Assembly: GCA_041936745.1 (NCBI GenBank)
Contig: JBHGWS010000020.1
Span: forward strand, 294-64,293
Direction of reading: 5' to 3'
DNA: 64,000 bases
Source: Candidatus Darwinibacter acetoxidans
GTDB taxonomy: Bacteria; Bacillota; Limnochordia; Darwinibacteriales; Darwinibacteriaceae
Shown here: positions 9,879-19,518 of the stretch, piece by piece
Numbering within the stretch: the stretch's first letter is position 1
Layout: each line of letters opens with the position of its first letter
Program-made: the position numbers and the translations under genes
The notes under the pieces: model-generated
Told to the model about the DNA's origin: nothing
Databases searched by the model: none
The model's input: the letters and a program-made list of their open reading frames with translations, nothing else

Positions 9879-10551
9879 GGTTCCCAGTGGGAAAAATGCG
9901 CTTTACGTTTTGGTACTGGCCGTTGTTATAGCTTTTTACCTCTACACAAACTCGTCTTTTTTTGAAACCGACCACTTAGAGTGGACAGGCTTAGTTTATC
10001 TTGAACCACAGCAGTTGGACCTTTATTTGGAATTTCCCTCCGTAAATGTGTGGCGCCTGGATGTACGGGATTTGGCAGCGGCATTAAAGGAGCATCCCTG
10101 GGTGGCAGAAGCAAAAGTTCGCTGGAGATGGCCGAACAAAATTGAGGTGATCATCCAAGAAAGGGAACCGTTAGCACAAATTCCCGCCGCAGACGGTTGG
10201 TATCTTTTGGATAAAGAAGGCAACCTGCTGCCGCCAACTTTAGGCTCCGTAGTTTATTCCCTGCCCATAGTTACCGGTTTGGATCCCAAATCGTCAAAGC
10301 AGCGCACGGCCACGGCCCGCCTGCTGGCTGCGATGCCGGAAAGCCTTAAAGAGTATGTCTCGGAATGGAATGTTACCAGCCGCTCTTTTGTCAGCCGCTC
10401 AGGGACCGTGATCTTAATGGGCCAGCAGGCGGATCTGGAGGAGAAGTTCCTGCTTTTAGAAACAATTTTAGATGATTTAGCCCTGCAAAATGTGCATGCA
10501 GAGCGCATTGATCTTAGGGTGCCGAAAAATCCCGTTGTCAGCGTTATGTAG
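9868..10551 (+). CDS. ftsQ: cell division protein FtsQ/DivIB (POTRA domain)
   Basis: 227 aa; N-terminal TM then POTRA-like beta region; directly upstream of ftsZ. Confidence 0.8.
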   Translation: MKNEVPSGKNALYVLVLAVVIAFYLYTNSSFFETDHLEWTGLVYLEPQQLDLYLEFPSVNVWRLDVRDLAAALKEHPWVAEAKVRWRWPNKIEVIIQEREPLAQIPAADGWYLLDKEGNLLPPTLGSVVYSLPIVTGLDPKSSKQRTATARLLAAMPESLKEYVSEWNVTSRSFVSRSGTVILMGQQADLEEKFLLLETILDDLALQNVHAERIDLRVPKNPVVSVM

Positions 10552-10643
10552 TTTTTAGCTGCGCTTAAAGGGAAACGGGTACTAAATGTGGAATTTATGG
10601 CAAACTGCTTTTTATAACTTGATTGCTGAAGAAGGGGGATCCC

Positions 10644-11687
10644 ATGTTCGAATTTGATCTGGAAAATGTTCAGTTTGCGGACATAAAAGTAATTGGTTGT
10701 GGTGGCGGTGGCAGTAATGCAGTTAACCGCATGATTGCCGCCGAATTAAAAGGCATCCAATTTATCGCTCTTAACACGGATGTCCAGGCTTTGCAGATGT
10801 CTGAGGCCCATCACAAAATTCAGGTGGGTGAGAAACTTACCAAAGGATTGGGCGCCGGATCCGACCCGAGCATTGGGCAGCGTTCGGCGGAAGAATCCCG
10901 CGAAGAGATCCGCCAAGTTTTAGATGGGGCGGATATGGTTTTTATCACGGCGGGGATGGGCGGCGGCACCGGCACAGGCGCGGCACCCATTGTTGCGGAG
11001 ATAGCCGGTGAAGTAGACGCCCTGACGGTTGGGGTGGTTACCAAGCCGTTTACCTTCGAAGGGCGCCGGCGGAAAGAGCAGGCTGAAAAGGGTATCGAAA
11101 TTTTAAAAACAAAAGTTGATACTTTGATCACCATTCCTAACGACCGCCTTTTGCAGGTTGTGGAAAGGCGCACATCTATGCTGGAAGCCTTTAAGATAGC
11201 AGATGATGTGCTGCGCCAAGGAGTGCAGGGCATTTCGGATTTGATCACGGTCCCGGGGTTAATTAATTTAGACTTCGCCGATGTGCGCACCATTATGACT
11301 AATGCCGGTTCAGCTCTGATGGGTATCGGGCAGGCCTCGGGAGAAGATCGGGCAGTGAAAGCAGCCCAGCAGGCTATTTCCAGTCCTCTTTTGGAAGCAT
11401 CCATCGAAGGAGCCAAAGGCATTTTACTTAGTTTGACGGGCAGTTCCAATTTAGGCCTCTTTGAGGTAAATGAGGCCGCGGAGATCATCTCTGAGGCCGC
11501 GGATGCAGATGCCAACATCATCTTTGGCGCCGTTATAGATGAGAGTTTAGGCGAGGAGCTGCGGGTTACCGTTATTGCCACAGGCTTTGATGCACCGCGC
11601 AAAGATGTACGGATCACGAAAGAACTTGACCTGCGCCCCTTTACAGATGATGAATTAGATATACCGGCTTTTTTGCGCCGCAAATAA
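10644..11687 (+). CDS. ftsZ: cell division GTPase FtsZ
   Basis: ATG at 10644 (MFEFDLE...) after GGGGGA RBS; tubulin signature GGGTGTG, NTD, conserved C-terminal DIPAFLRRK peptide. Confidence 0.95.
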   Translation: MFEFDLENVQFADIKVIGCGGGGSNAVNRMIAAELKGIQFIALNTDVQALQMSEAHHKIQVGEKLTKGLGAGSDPSIGQRSAEESREEIRQVLDGADMVFITAGMGGGTGTGAAPIVAEIAGEVDALTVGVVTKPFTFEGRRRKEQAEKGIEILKTKVDTLITIPNDRLLQVVERRTSMLEAFKIADDVLRQGVQGISDLITVPGLINLDFADVRTIMTNAGSALMGIGQASGEDRAVKAAQQAISSPLLEASIEGAKGILLSLTGSSNLGLFEVNEAAEIISEAADADANIIFGAVIDESLGEELRVTVIATGFDAPRKDVRITKELDLRPFTDDELDIPAFLRRK

Positions 11688-11699
11688 AAAGAGCGTTAA

Positions 11700-11732
11700 A
11701 AAAAGGGAATGGGCCGCAGCCCATTCCCTTTT
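11700..11732. terminator. bidirectional rho-independent terminator shared by convergent ftsZ and sigE
   Basis: AAAAAGGGAATGGGCCGCAGCCCATTCCCTTTTT: perfect 10-bp stem flanked by an A-run and a T-run. Confidence 0.6.
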
Positions 11733-11739
11733 TAGATCT

Positions 11740-12468
11740 TTACTCCATCTTTTTGATTTCCTTGCGCAGCTTCTGCAGTATTTTCTTTTCCAAACGAGAT
11801 ATATAAGATTGGGAGATGCCCAGCATTTCCGCAACTTCCCGCTGGGTCCGCTCCTTTTCGCTGTTTAAACCAAACCTAAGTTCCATGATTTTCTTCTCCC
11901 GCCCCGTCAGCCGCTGCATAGCGGCTGCCAAAAGGGCTTTATCCACTTCTTTTTCGATGTGTTTAATGACATCGCTTTCACTGCCCACCACATCCGCCAA
12001 GACCAACTCATTACCGTCCCAGTCCACGTTTAAAGGTTCATCGAAAGAGACTTCCGCTTTGAGTTTACTGGTGCGGCGCAGATACATCAAAATTTCGTTT
12101 TCAATGCAGCGCGAAGCATAGGTGGCCAGCTTAATATTCTTGCTGGGATCAAAGGTGTTGACCGCCTTAATCAAGCCAATTGTTCCAATTGAGACAAGAT
12201 CTTCAATAAAAATTCCTGTGTTTTCAAATTTACGGGCGATGTAGACGACGAGGCGCAAATTCCGCTCAATTAAAGGCGTCCTAACTTCTAAATCCCCATC
12301 CTGCAGGCGGTTTAAAAGTTTGCGTTCTTCTTCCGGGCTTAAAGGAGGCGGTAAAACCTCGCTGCTTCCCACGTAATGAATTTCCGGGCGCAGGCCTAAT
12401 TTGTTGAGGAGGTTAATTAATCGCAGTCTTAATTTGAGATTATAAATTCTAAGTCGATTTACCGGCAT
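11740..12468 (-). CDS. sigE: sporulation sigma factor sigma-E (pro-sigma-E, mother cell)
   Basis: 242 aa; near-identical blocks to B. subtilis SigE ([55 protein letters not shown]); N-terminal pro-sequence present. Confidence 0.95.
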   Translation of the reverse strand: MPVNRLRIYNLKLRLRLINLLNKLGLRPEIHYVGSSEVLPPPLSPEEERKLLNRLQDGDLEVRTPLIERNLRLVVYIARKFENTGIFIEDLVSIGTIGLIKAVNTFDPSKNIKLATYASRCIENEILMYLRRTSKLKAEVSFDEPLNVDWDGNELVLADVVGSESDVIKHIEKEVDKALLAAAMQRLTGREKKIMELRFGLNSEKERTQREVAEMLGISQSYISRLEKKILQKLRKEIKKME

Positions 12469-13414
12469 GCGACTTCCCTCCTTCAGCTAATTTTGGGGCG
12501 GCACTGCCCAGGCCCTCAGCCACTAATGAGGGGGGAATCAGCGCCGCGTACTCGCCGTTGGGATCCAAAGCGTGGGGATGGATAGCAACAGTGGGGTTAA
12601 AATCCAAGGCGGCAAGATGCTTACCGATGCGTATTTTATCGGGCCGAAACCCAATCATCAGCCCGTTTTTTTTCCCCACTGAGCTGAAGGGAATCAACCT
12701 CAGCCTTGTCTGCCAGGCAGGCAAGCCCGCTAATTCATCCGTTGTGTTTAAGCCGCCCTGTTCCAAAGCTTTAACTAAAGAGTTGATTTCCGCGGGGATA
12801 AGCGGCCCCAGGGCTTTTTGTTCTACAATAATAACCGGTTGGCGGTTAAAGGGATCGTGGAGGTTGTTGCCCGTATCGACCAAGGCTGAAACGTTGACAA
12901 CCTGCTCTTCGCAGCTGATCTCCAAAGGGATGCGGTAAACGCTCTTCACTACCTGCTTGTGGACTACGCCCCAGCCGATTTCGGCGGTGATCAAAATGGT
13001 TAAAACGGCTGCCAGTGTACCCAAGCCAAAGCGCGGCACTGCCGGATCCCCTAAAATGTAGGCCGCGGCCATACCTGCACCGGCCGCGAAAAAGCCGATG
13101 CCGTAAAAATAAGCGGCGACGCCAAGGAGCCTTTTCAGCGGGGCAGGATAAAAAGCAACGGCCAGCATGGCGAAGGAAAGGAGAATTAAAACAGGTAAAA
13201 ATCTTAAAAAGCCGTAAAAAGGGATTAAGCCCAAACCTGCCATTAAGTAAAGCAGGTAGTGTAAAGTTCCCACTAAGGCGGCCAAACTTAAGCGAGTGGG
13301 CTTAGTGGGCGTCCTTGTTACGGTGGCGGCCGCCCAAAGCAGTAAATATTCGAAGATAAAATTGCAGGCCAGCCTGATAAGCCAGGCATCAACATAAAAA
13401 GTATATTCCAGCAT
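12449..13414 (-). CDS. spoIIGA: sigma-E processing aspartic peptidase SpoIIGA
   Basis: 321 aa; 5 N-terminal TM helices; catalytic [11 protein letters not shown] motif; immediately upstream of sigE with 20-nt overlap. Confidence 0.9.
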   Translation of the reverse strand: MLEYTFYVDAWLIRLACNFIFEYLLLWAAATVTRTPTKPTRLSLAALVGTLHYLLYLMAGLGLIPFYGFLRFLPVLILLSFAMLAVAFYPAPLKRLLGVAAYFYGIGFFAAGAGMAAAYILGDPAVPRFGLGTLAAVLTILITAEIGWGVVHKQVVKSVYRIPLEISCEEQVVNVSALVDTGNNLHDPFNRQPVIIVEQKALGPLIPAEINSLVKALEQGGLNTTDELAGLPAWQTRLRLIPFSSVGKKNGLMIGFRPDKIRIGKHLAALDFNPTVAIHPHALDPNGEYAALIPPSLVAEGLGSAAPKLAEGGKSHAGKST

Positions 13415-13512
13415 ACGCCATCCTCCCCATAACGGGCTTTATTCCAGAATATTAAAGGCGTGCGGGAAGAATTCCTCCTTTAATTGAGAAAATTAAGATG
13501 ATTTGCAAGACG

Positions 13513-13542
13513 GAATAGTTAGCCGCAAAGGTGGCAATACTG
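13513..13542 (+). promoter_or_regulatory. putative forespore sigma-F/sigma-G-type promoter upstream of sigG
   Basis: GAATA, 15-nt spacer, GGCAATACTG, ~30 nt upstream of the sigG start; matches -35 GHATR / -10 GGnnAnAHTR. Confidence 0.4.
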
Positions 13543-13574
13543 AAAACTGTAACCGCAAATTTGGGGGGGACGAA

Positions 13575-14351
13575 ATGAATAAGGTGGAAATCTGCGGTGT
13601 AAATACAGCTAAACTGCCTGTGCTGCCCAATAAAAAAATGCGTAAACTGTTGGCCCGGATCCAAGAGGGTGACATGGGTGCCCGGGAAGAAATGGTGCAG
13701 GGTAATTTACGTTTGGTGCTCAGCGTCATTCAGCGCTTTAACAACCGCGGCGAATATGTGGATGATCTTTTCCAAGTCGGCTGCATCGGTTTAATGAAGG
13801 CCATTGACAATTTTGATTTAAGCCAGAACGTCAAGTTCTCTACCTATGCAGTGCCCATGATCATCGGCGAGATCAGGCGTTATCTGCGGGACAACAATCC
13901 GATTCGGGTCAGCCGCTCCCTGCGGGACACCGCTTATAAAGCGCTGCAGACCAGGGATTCTTTAGCCAACAAATACTCTGAAGAGCCGACGATTGGGCAG
14001 ATTGCGGAAAAATTGAAAATCCCCAGGGAAGAAATTGTTTTCGCCTTGGATGCCATCCAAGATCCCATTTCCCTTTTTGAACCGATTTACAACGATGGGG
14101 GCGATCCCATCTTTGTACTCGATCAGATCAGCGATGAGAAAAACACGGACGGCCGGCTCATAGAAAGTGTCAGTATAAAAGAAGGTATGACTCATTTAGA
14201 AAAAAGAGAACAGCTGATCTTGACTATGCGTTTTTATGAAGGCCGTACCCAAATGGAAGTAGCAGAAGAGATCGGTATTTCACAAGCCCAAGTTTCTCGC
14301 CTGGAAAAAGCCGCTTTAAAACGTCTGCGCAAACATATGGCCATATCTTAA
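13575..14351 (+). CDS. sigG: sporulation sigma factor sigma-G (forespore)
   Basis: ATG at 13575 (MNKVEICGV...) after a G-rich RBS; long identical stretches to B. subtilis SigG (NLRLVLSVIQRFNNRGEYVDDLFQVGCIGLMK, YAVPMIIGEIRRYLRDNNPIRVSRSLRD). Confidence 0.95.
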   Translation: MNKVEICGVNTAKLPVLPNKKMRKLLARIQEGDMGAREEMVQGNLRLVLSVIQRFNNRGEYVDDLFQVGCIGLMKAIDNFDLSQNVKFSTYAVPMIIGEIRRYLRDNNPIRVSRSLRDTAYKALQTRDSLANKYSEEPTIGQIAEKLKIPREEIVFALDAIQDPISLFEPIYNDGGDPIFVLDQISDEKNTDGRLIESVSIKEGMTHLEKREQLILTMRFYEGRTQMEVAEEIGISQAQVSRLEKAALKRLRKHMAIS

Positions 14352-14363
14352 GGGGGGCTTTAA

Positions 14364-15023
14364 ATGGATACAGAGATTCTAAAGGTTCGATTCCTGGTGA
14401 GTTTTTGCCTGCTTGTCGCAGCCGTGCTGCTCGGTTTTACGATCTTTGCTTTGACCTCTTATCTGCCTAATGATACGGCATTTGCTAAAGATTTGATCCG
14501 CCTGCACGTTTTAGCAAACAGCAACCTGCCGAAAGACCAGGATTTGAAATTATTGGTACGAGATGCAATTCTTTTGGAAGCGGGCCGGCTTTTGGCAGCA
14601 GCCGACAATAAAGTTGACGCCCACACTATTTTAGAGCAGAACAAGGACAGAATAAAGGCAGCGGCCCAAGAAACCGTGTTGGCCCACGGGTTCGATTACC
14701 CCGTCAGAGTAGAAACGGGCAGTTTCGCCTTTCCGGAGCGGGCTTATGGCCGCTTGATCTTACCCGCGGGCTCTTATGATGCCCTGCGGGTTGAAATAGG
14801 CCGGGCAGCCGGGGAAAATTGGTGGTGTGTTTTGTTTCCCCCGCTCTGCTTGGCCGATCTCAAAATCGGCGAGTATCATAAGCCACCGCTCAACCAGGCG
14901 GCGGGGAAACGCATCGTTTTTCGGCTTAAGTTTTTGGATCAGCTTGCCCAAACACGCTACGCCCAAACAATCCAGCGCTGGTGGCAGGCTTCCGCGGCCG
15001 GCTATTTACTCTTAGCAAAATGA
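14364..15023 (+). CDS. spoIIR: stage II sporulation protein R (SpoIIR), the signal that activates SpoIIGA
   Basis: 219 aa; signal anchor; SpoIIR family motifs LIRLHVLANSN, GENWWCVLFPPLC; 12 nt after the sigG stop. Confidence 0.85.
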   Translation: MDTEILKVRFLVSFCLLVAAVLLGFTIFALTSYLPNDTAFAKDLIRLHVLANSNLPKDQDLKLLVRDAILLEAGRLLAAADNKVDAHTILEQNKDRIKAAAQETVLAHGFDYPVRVETGSFAFPERAYGRLILPAGSYDALRVEIGRAAGENWWCVLFPPLCLADLKIGEYHKPPLNQAAGKRIVFRLKFLDQLAQTRYAQTIQRWWQASAAGYLLLAK

Positions 15024-15062
15024 CGGGTTATTAAACAAGCAGCCGAAACAGCAGCATCAAAA

Positions 15063-15099
15063 GCAACCGGGGATCAATCTTCGGTTGCCTTTCTTTTGC
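15063..15099 (+). terminator. putative rho-independent terminator after spoIIR
   Basis: GCAACCG...CGGTTGC stem (7 bp, 12-nt loop) followed by CTTTCTTTTG. Confidence 0.45.
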
Positions 15100-15171
15100 T
15101 GTAAAGCGGGCTCGCCTTGTTTCTTTTTGACTGAGGCGGCATACATTAATAACATAAAGGAGGCGGGGCGC

Positions 15172-15417
15172 ATGTTTATTAAGACCTCCGAGTTAAGGCA
15201 GCTCGATGTGATTAACATCGAAGAAGGCAGTTATTTGGGTAACGTCTGCGATGTTGATTTGGATCCAGAAAACGGGCGCATTAAGTTCCTCATAGTCGAT
15301 CGGCCGGGTTTTTTCTTTTGGCGGCTGAAGCGGGATGATTTAGAGATTCCCTGGTCAGATGTGGTTTTAATCGGCACGGATGTGGTTTTAGTCAGAAACC
15401 GAACATGGCGCCGCTAG
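15172..15417 (+). CDS. ylmC: YlmC/YmxH family sporulation protein (PRC-barrel)
   Basis: ATG 15172 after AAGGAGG; 81 aa; characteristic [27 protein letters not shown] motif. Confidence 0.75.
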   Translation: MFIKTSELRQLDVINIEEGSYLGNVCDVDLDPENGRIKFLIVDRPGFFFWRLKRDDLEIPWSDVVLIGTDVVLVRNRTWRR

Positions 15418-15426
15418 CTACTTTAC

Positions 15427-15434
15427 TGTATAAT
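15427..15434 (+). promoter_or_regulatory. extended -10 element (TGTATAAT) upstream of nrdR
   Basis: TGnTATAAT match located 22 nt upstream of the nrdR ATG. Confidence 0.3.
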
Positions 15435-15455
15435 ATTTCTAGGGAGGTTGAAACA

Positions 15456-15929
15456 ATGCGCTGTCCGTTTTGTAGGCATTTAGATAGCAAAGTTTTAGAT
15501 TCCAGGCAGACTGAAGAAGGGGCTTCCATTAGGCGGCGAAGGGAGTGCATGGCCTGCCAAAAACGCTTTACAACATATGAGCGGCTCGATGAAATACCCT
15601 TTTTGGTCGTCAAGAAAGACGGCAGGCGGGAGCCTTTTTCCCGCACGAAAATTCTCAACGGTGTCATGCGCGCTTGTGAGAAACGGCCTATTTCCATGGA
15701 GGTTTTGGAAAAAACCGTGGAAGAAATTGAACGGGAGGTCCGATCCGGCTTGGAACGGGAAATTTCCTCCGAGGCAATCGGCGAACTTGTCATGGACAAA
15801 CTCAGGGATTTAGACGATGTTGCCTATGTTCGTTTTGCCTCCGTCTATCGCCAGTTTAAAGATATTGATCGCTTTATTGAAGAACTGCAGCAGTTGCGGC
15901 AAGAAAGCAGCGAACAGAATTCCACCTAA
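15456..15929 (+). CDS. nrdR: transcriptional repressor NrdR (zinc ribbon + ATP-cone)
   Basis: MRCPFC...C..C zinc ribbon and ATP-cone; ATG 15456 after GGGAGG. Confidence 0.9.
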   Translation: MRCPFCRHLDSKVLDSRQTEEGASIRRRRECMACQKRFTTYERLDEIPFLVVKKDGRREPFSRTKILNGVMRACEKRPISMEVLEKTVEEIEREVRSGLEREISSEAIGELVMDKLRDLDDVAYVRFASVYRQFKDIDRFIEELQQLRQESSEQNST

Positions 15930-15980
15930 AGGACATTTATTGTCTGATGTAGAAGGTAAGTGGGAGAGGGGTGAAAACAG

Positions 15981-18179
15981 GTGGGCAAGCAGAAATCCCA
16001 AGAAGGCGGCGTGAAGACCAGGGAAATAGTGGGGATCCTTTTACTGGCCTTTTCTATCTTTGCCGTCTTAGCATTGTATGTTGATACAGCAGGCTTAGTC
16101 GGGCGGCAGCTGCGCAGGATCCTGCGGGTTTTGTTCGGCGATATAGCCGTGGTGTTTACCGTGACGCTTTTTTTCCTCTCTTTACATGTGTTTCGGGGTA
16201 AAAAATGGCCCCCAACGCTCCGTAAAACGCTGGGGCTGACTTTACTTTTGCTGTCTACGGCCCTGATCTTTCACATGCTTTATTACCGCGGCTATCAATT
16301 TCCGCCCAAACTTCAGGAAGAGGTAGCCTATGCCAGAAGGGGTGAAGGGGCCGGCGTTGTGGGTGCGGTCCTATTGGTTTTAGGCTACAATGCCTTTGGT
16401 ATCCCCGGCTCTTATGTCTTCGTGGGTGCGGCGGTTTTAATAGGTATAATTTTCTTTTTTGAAATCTCTTTGATTTTCCTTATGAGACAAATTGCCCAGG
16501 CTGCTTGGCGCGCCGTTACAGGCTTTTTTTCGGAGTTGAAGGAGCGCTGGCGCATCTTTTGGGAGGCCCGCATTGTAAAGCGCTTGGAAAAAAAGCAGGC
16601 GGCCGCGGCGCAAGAAAGCGCCGTTAAAATCGAAGAAACCCCGGTGAGGGAAAGCCCCGAAACACCGGTGCCCGAGAAAACAAAACCCAAAACGGCGGTG
16701 GTTGAAAGGAAAGCGGCTGAGAGCGGCGGGCCAAAAGCCCTAGATTTGAATCAAAGCTCTGTTGCGGGAGAGTTTGTCCTGCCGCCAACCTACCTTTTAA
16801 AAAAAGGGGGCTCAAAGGTACGCCGCAGGGGCGGGCCGCAAAAGGATCTTTTAGAAGAGACGTTTGCCAGCTTTGGGATTGAAGCGAAAGTCGTCCATGT
16901 TTCCGAAGGGCCGGTAGTCACGCGTTATGAACTGCAGCCGGCACCGGGAATTAAAGTATCCCGCATTACCGCCTTGGCAGATGATTTGGCTTTAGCCTTG
17001 GCTGCAGAAAACGTGCGGATAGAAGCACCCGTACCGGGTAAGCCGGTTGTGGGCATTGAGGTTCCCAACCGCTCCATAGAACCCGTTCTTTTGCGCGATG
17101 TGTTGGAAAGCGCTGAGTTTAAAGAACACACTTCCCCCTTAGCTTTGGCTTTGGGCAAGGACATTGCGGGCAAACCGGTTATCGCCGATTTAAAAAAATG
17201 GCTTCATGTTTTAGTGGCCGGCGCGACCGGCTCGGGTAAAAGTGTTTGTTTGAACGCGATGATCGCAAGCGTTTTATATAGGGCGGGGCCCGAAGAAGTT
17301 AAGTTTTTAATGATTGACCCCAAGCGCGTGGAGCTGACTTCTTACGATGGGATTCCCCATTTGATTTCGCCTGTCGTAACTGATGCCAGAAAGGCGGCTG
17401 TGGCATTAAGGTGGGCTGTGGCCGAAATGGAGAGGCGCTACGAGCTGTTCGCCCAGACAGGGGCGCGCAACCTCACAATGTATGCAGAGCTGGCCGCAAG
17501 GGAGGCAGAGGGTAAGGAAGAGTGGGAACACCTGCCGCTGATTGTAATTGTCGTCGACGAGCTGTCAGACTTAATGATGGTCGCCTCGGCTGAGGTGGAA
17601 GATGCGATCTGCCGCTTGGCCCAAATGGCCAGGGCCGCGGGTATGTATTTAATTATTGCGACGCAGCGGCCTTCAGTCGACGTAATTACCGGAGTGATTA
17701 AGGCTAACGTACCCTCCCGGATATCATTTGCTGTTTCCAGCCAAGTTGATTCCCGGACCATTTTAGATATGGGCGGCGCCGAGAGGCTGATCGGCAAGGG
17801 CGATATGCTTTATTACCCGATTGGCGCCACGAAACCGATTAGGGCCCAGGGTTCTTGGATTTCCGACGGGGAAGTCGAAAAGCTGGTTAAGTTTTGGCAG
17901 CGGCAGGGCGATCCGGAATACGTGAAAGAAGTGCAGGATAACAGCATTGAAATAGGGCGGCCGGCAGAAGAAGAAGATGAACTGTTAGAAGATGCTATCC
18001 GCCTGGTTATCGAAAACGGCCAAGCCTCCATCTCCATGCTGCAGAGGCGTTTCCGCATCGGTTATGCCCGGGCGGCCAGGCTAATTGATGTGATGGAGGT
18101 CAGGGGAATTGTCGGCTCCTTCCAGGGAAGTAAGCCTCGTGACGTTCTAGTAGACGATTCAATCTTAAAGGAGAGGTGA
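15981..18179 (+). CDS. ftsK: DNA translocase FtsK/SpoIIIE
   Basis: 732 aa; 4 N-terminal TM helices, linker, motor domain with GATGSGKS Walker A and DELSDLMM Walker B, C-terminal gamma (winged-helix) domain. Confidence 0.9.
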   Translation: MGKQKSQEGGVKTREIVGILLLAFSIFAVLALYVDTAGLVGRQLRRILRVLFGDIAVVFTVTLFFLSLHVFRGKKWPPTLRKTLGLTLLLLSTALIFHMLYYRGYQFPPKLQEEVAYARRGEGAGVVGAVLLVLGYNAFGIPGSYVFVGAAVLIGIIFFFEISLIFLMRQIAQAAWRAVTGFFSELKERWRIFWEARIVKRLEKKQAAAAQESAVKIEETPVRESPETPVPEKTKPKTAVVERKAAESGGPKALDLNQSSVAGEFVLPPTYLLKKGGSKVRRRGGPQKDLLEETFASFGIEAKVVHVSEGPVVTRYELQPAPGIKVSRITALADDLALALAAENVRIEAPVPGKPVVGIEVPNRSIEPVLLRDVLESAEFKEHTSPLALALGKDIAGKPVIADLKKWLHVLVAGATGSGKSVCLNAMIASVLYRAGPEEVKFLMIDPKRVELTSYDGIPHLISPVVTDARKAAVALRWAVAEMERRYELFAQTGARNLTMYAELAAREAEGKEEWEHLPLIVIVVDELSDLMMVASAEVEDAICRLAQMARAAGMYLIIATQRPSVDVITGVIKANVPSRISFAVSSQVDSRTILDMGGAERLIGKGDMLYYPIGATKPIRAQGSWISDGEVEKLVKFWQRQGDPEYVKEVQDNSIEIGRPAEEEDELLEDAIRLVIENGQASISMLQRRFRIGYARAARLIDVMEVRGIVGSFQGSKPRDVLVDDSILKER

Positions 18180-18562
18180 AGAAAGTGACTGGTTTGGGGA
18201 CACTGTTACAAGAAGCGCGGCTGGAGCGAGGGTTGACGATTGAAGAAATTGCTGAGCAAACTAAAATCAGGACCCAATTCCTAGTCGCAATAGAAGAGGG
18301 CAGGCTTGAGGACCTGCCGGACCGGGCTTATGTGCGGGCCTTTTTGCGAACCTATGCCCGGGCTTTAGGTGTGGAGCCGGCAAGTATTATGTTGGAATAT
18401 GAAGCGCGGTACGTCCCCAGCCCTGATGATGATATATTAACCATTCGCCAACGCAGGCTGGAAGCCAGGGCGAAAAAGCGCACCAGGTTTCTCATTACCC
18501 TGCTGGTGATTTTAGGTGTGGGGCTGCTTACATATTTTCTCTATAAGTCATTTGTGGTTTAG
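18176..18562 (+). CDS. short RodZ-like protein: XRE-type HTH plus C-terminal TM helix (no periplasmic domain)
   Basis: 128 aa; HTH (LTIEEIAEQTKIRTQFLVAIEEG), juxtamembrane basic tract, single TM. Confidence 0.6.
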   Translation: MKKVTGLGTLLQEARLERGLTIEEIAEQTKIRTQFLVAIEEGRLEDLPDRAYVRAFLRTYARALGVEPASIMLEYEARYVPSPDDDILTIRQRRLEARAKKRTRFLITLLVILGVGLLTYFLYKSFVV

Positions 18563-18574
18563 GGGGAACAATTT

Positions 18575-19471
18575 TTGCTAAAACAAGACTATTTGGTACG
18601 GGCGTTTTTAGGCAGTGATCAAGCCAGGATTTTTGCCCTGCGCACCACAGAAGTTGTGAAAGAGGCGCAGGCGCGCCATTTCACCAGCCCTACGGCAACT
18701 GCTGCTTTGGGGCGGACACTGACAGCGGGGTTGGTTTTGGGTGCCATGCTGAAGGGCGAAGAAACAGTTACGGTCCAAGTTAAAGGGGACGGCCCTTTAA
18801 AGGGTATTGTAGTATCCGCTAATTCCAAAGGCGATGTTAAAGGTTATGTGGGCAACCCCTCGGTTGAGCTGCCCTTAAACGCGGAGGGCAAATTAGCGGT
18901 GGGGGAGGCGGTTGGCGCGGGCAATCTCCATGTCATCCATGATTTAGGCCTTAAAGATCCCTATCAGGGCACAGTCCCGCTGCAGACCGGCGAGATCGGT
19001 GATGATTTTGCTTACTATTTCAGCTACTCGGAACAGACACCTTCCGCTGTGGTCTTAGGAGTGCTCGTCGATAGAGACGGCACCCCTTTAGGTGCCGGGG
19101 GGATTATCGTGCAGCTTTTGCCCGGGGAGACTCCGGATGAAGAGTTTATTAGCCGGTTGGAAGCGGCTCTGGGCGATATCCCTTCCATAAGTTCTTTGTT
19201 TGCAGAAAAAACACCTGAGGAGATCCTGGCGGCGGTTTTTCAAGGTTTTAAATTAAAGATAATTGATGCTATGCCGGTGAGATTTCACTGCGATTGTTCC
19301 AGTGAACGCTTCGAGAGGGGCTTGATTGCTCTGGGCAGCGAAGAGCTCCGGGAGTTAATCGACCTTGCCGAGCCCATTGAAACCGTCTGCAGCTTCTGCG
19401 GTGAAACTTATTCTTTTTCCAATAAGAGGCTTCAAGAGATTGTGGCGGAAATGGAAGCGCCGCGGGAATAA
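18575..19471 (+). CDS. hslO: redox-regulated chaperone Hsp33
   Basis: 298 aa; C-terminal zinc centre CDCS...CSFCG; Hsp33 N-domain. Confidence 0.9.
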   Translation: MLKQDYLVRAFLGSDQARIFALRTTEVVKEAQARHFTSPTATAALGRTLTAGLVLGAMLKGEETVTVQVKGDGPLKGIVVSANSKGDVKGYVGNPSVELPLNAEGKLAVGEAVGAGNLHVIHDLGLKDPYQGTVPLQTGEIGDDFAYYFSYSEQTPSAVVLGVLVDRDGTPLGAGGIIVQLLPGETPDEEFISRLEAALGDIPSISSLFAEKTPEEILAAVFQGFKLKIIDAMPVRFHCDCSSERFERGLIALGSEELRELIDLAEPIETVCSFCGETYSFSNKRLQEIVAEMEAPRE

Positions 19472-19518
19472 ATCGAAGATCCTTCCGCATATATTTAGAT
19501 GTGGAAGGAGGAATAGTA

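Noticed and set aside
10820-11683. 287-aa ORF on the minus strand
   Set aside because: Lies entirely antisense to ftsZ; low-complexity S/A/R-rich translation typical of a GC-rich antisense frame; no RBS.
13015-13305. 96-aa plus-strand ORF rich in R/K
   Set aside because: Antisense within spoIIGA; the basic composition is an artefact of the frame.
19472-19518. Hairpin CCTTCCGC...GTGGAAGG overlapping the RBS of the SpoIIP paralog
   Set aside because: No T-run, so not a terminator. Could be an RBS-sequestering structure, but a single weak stem is insufficient evidence.
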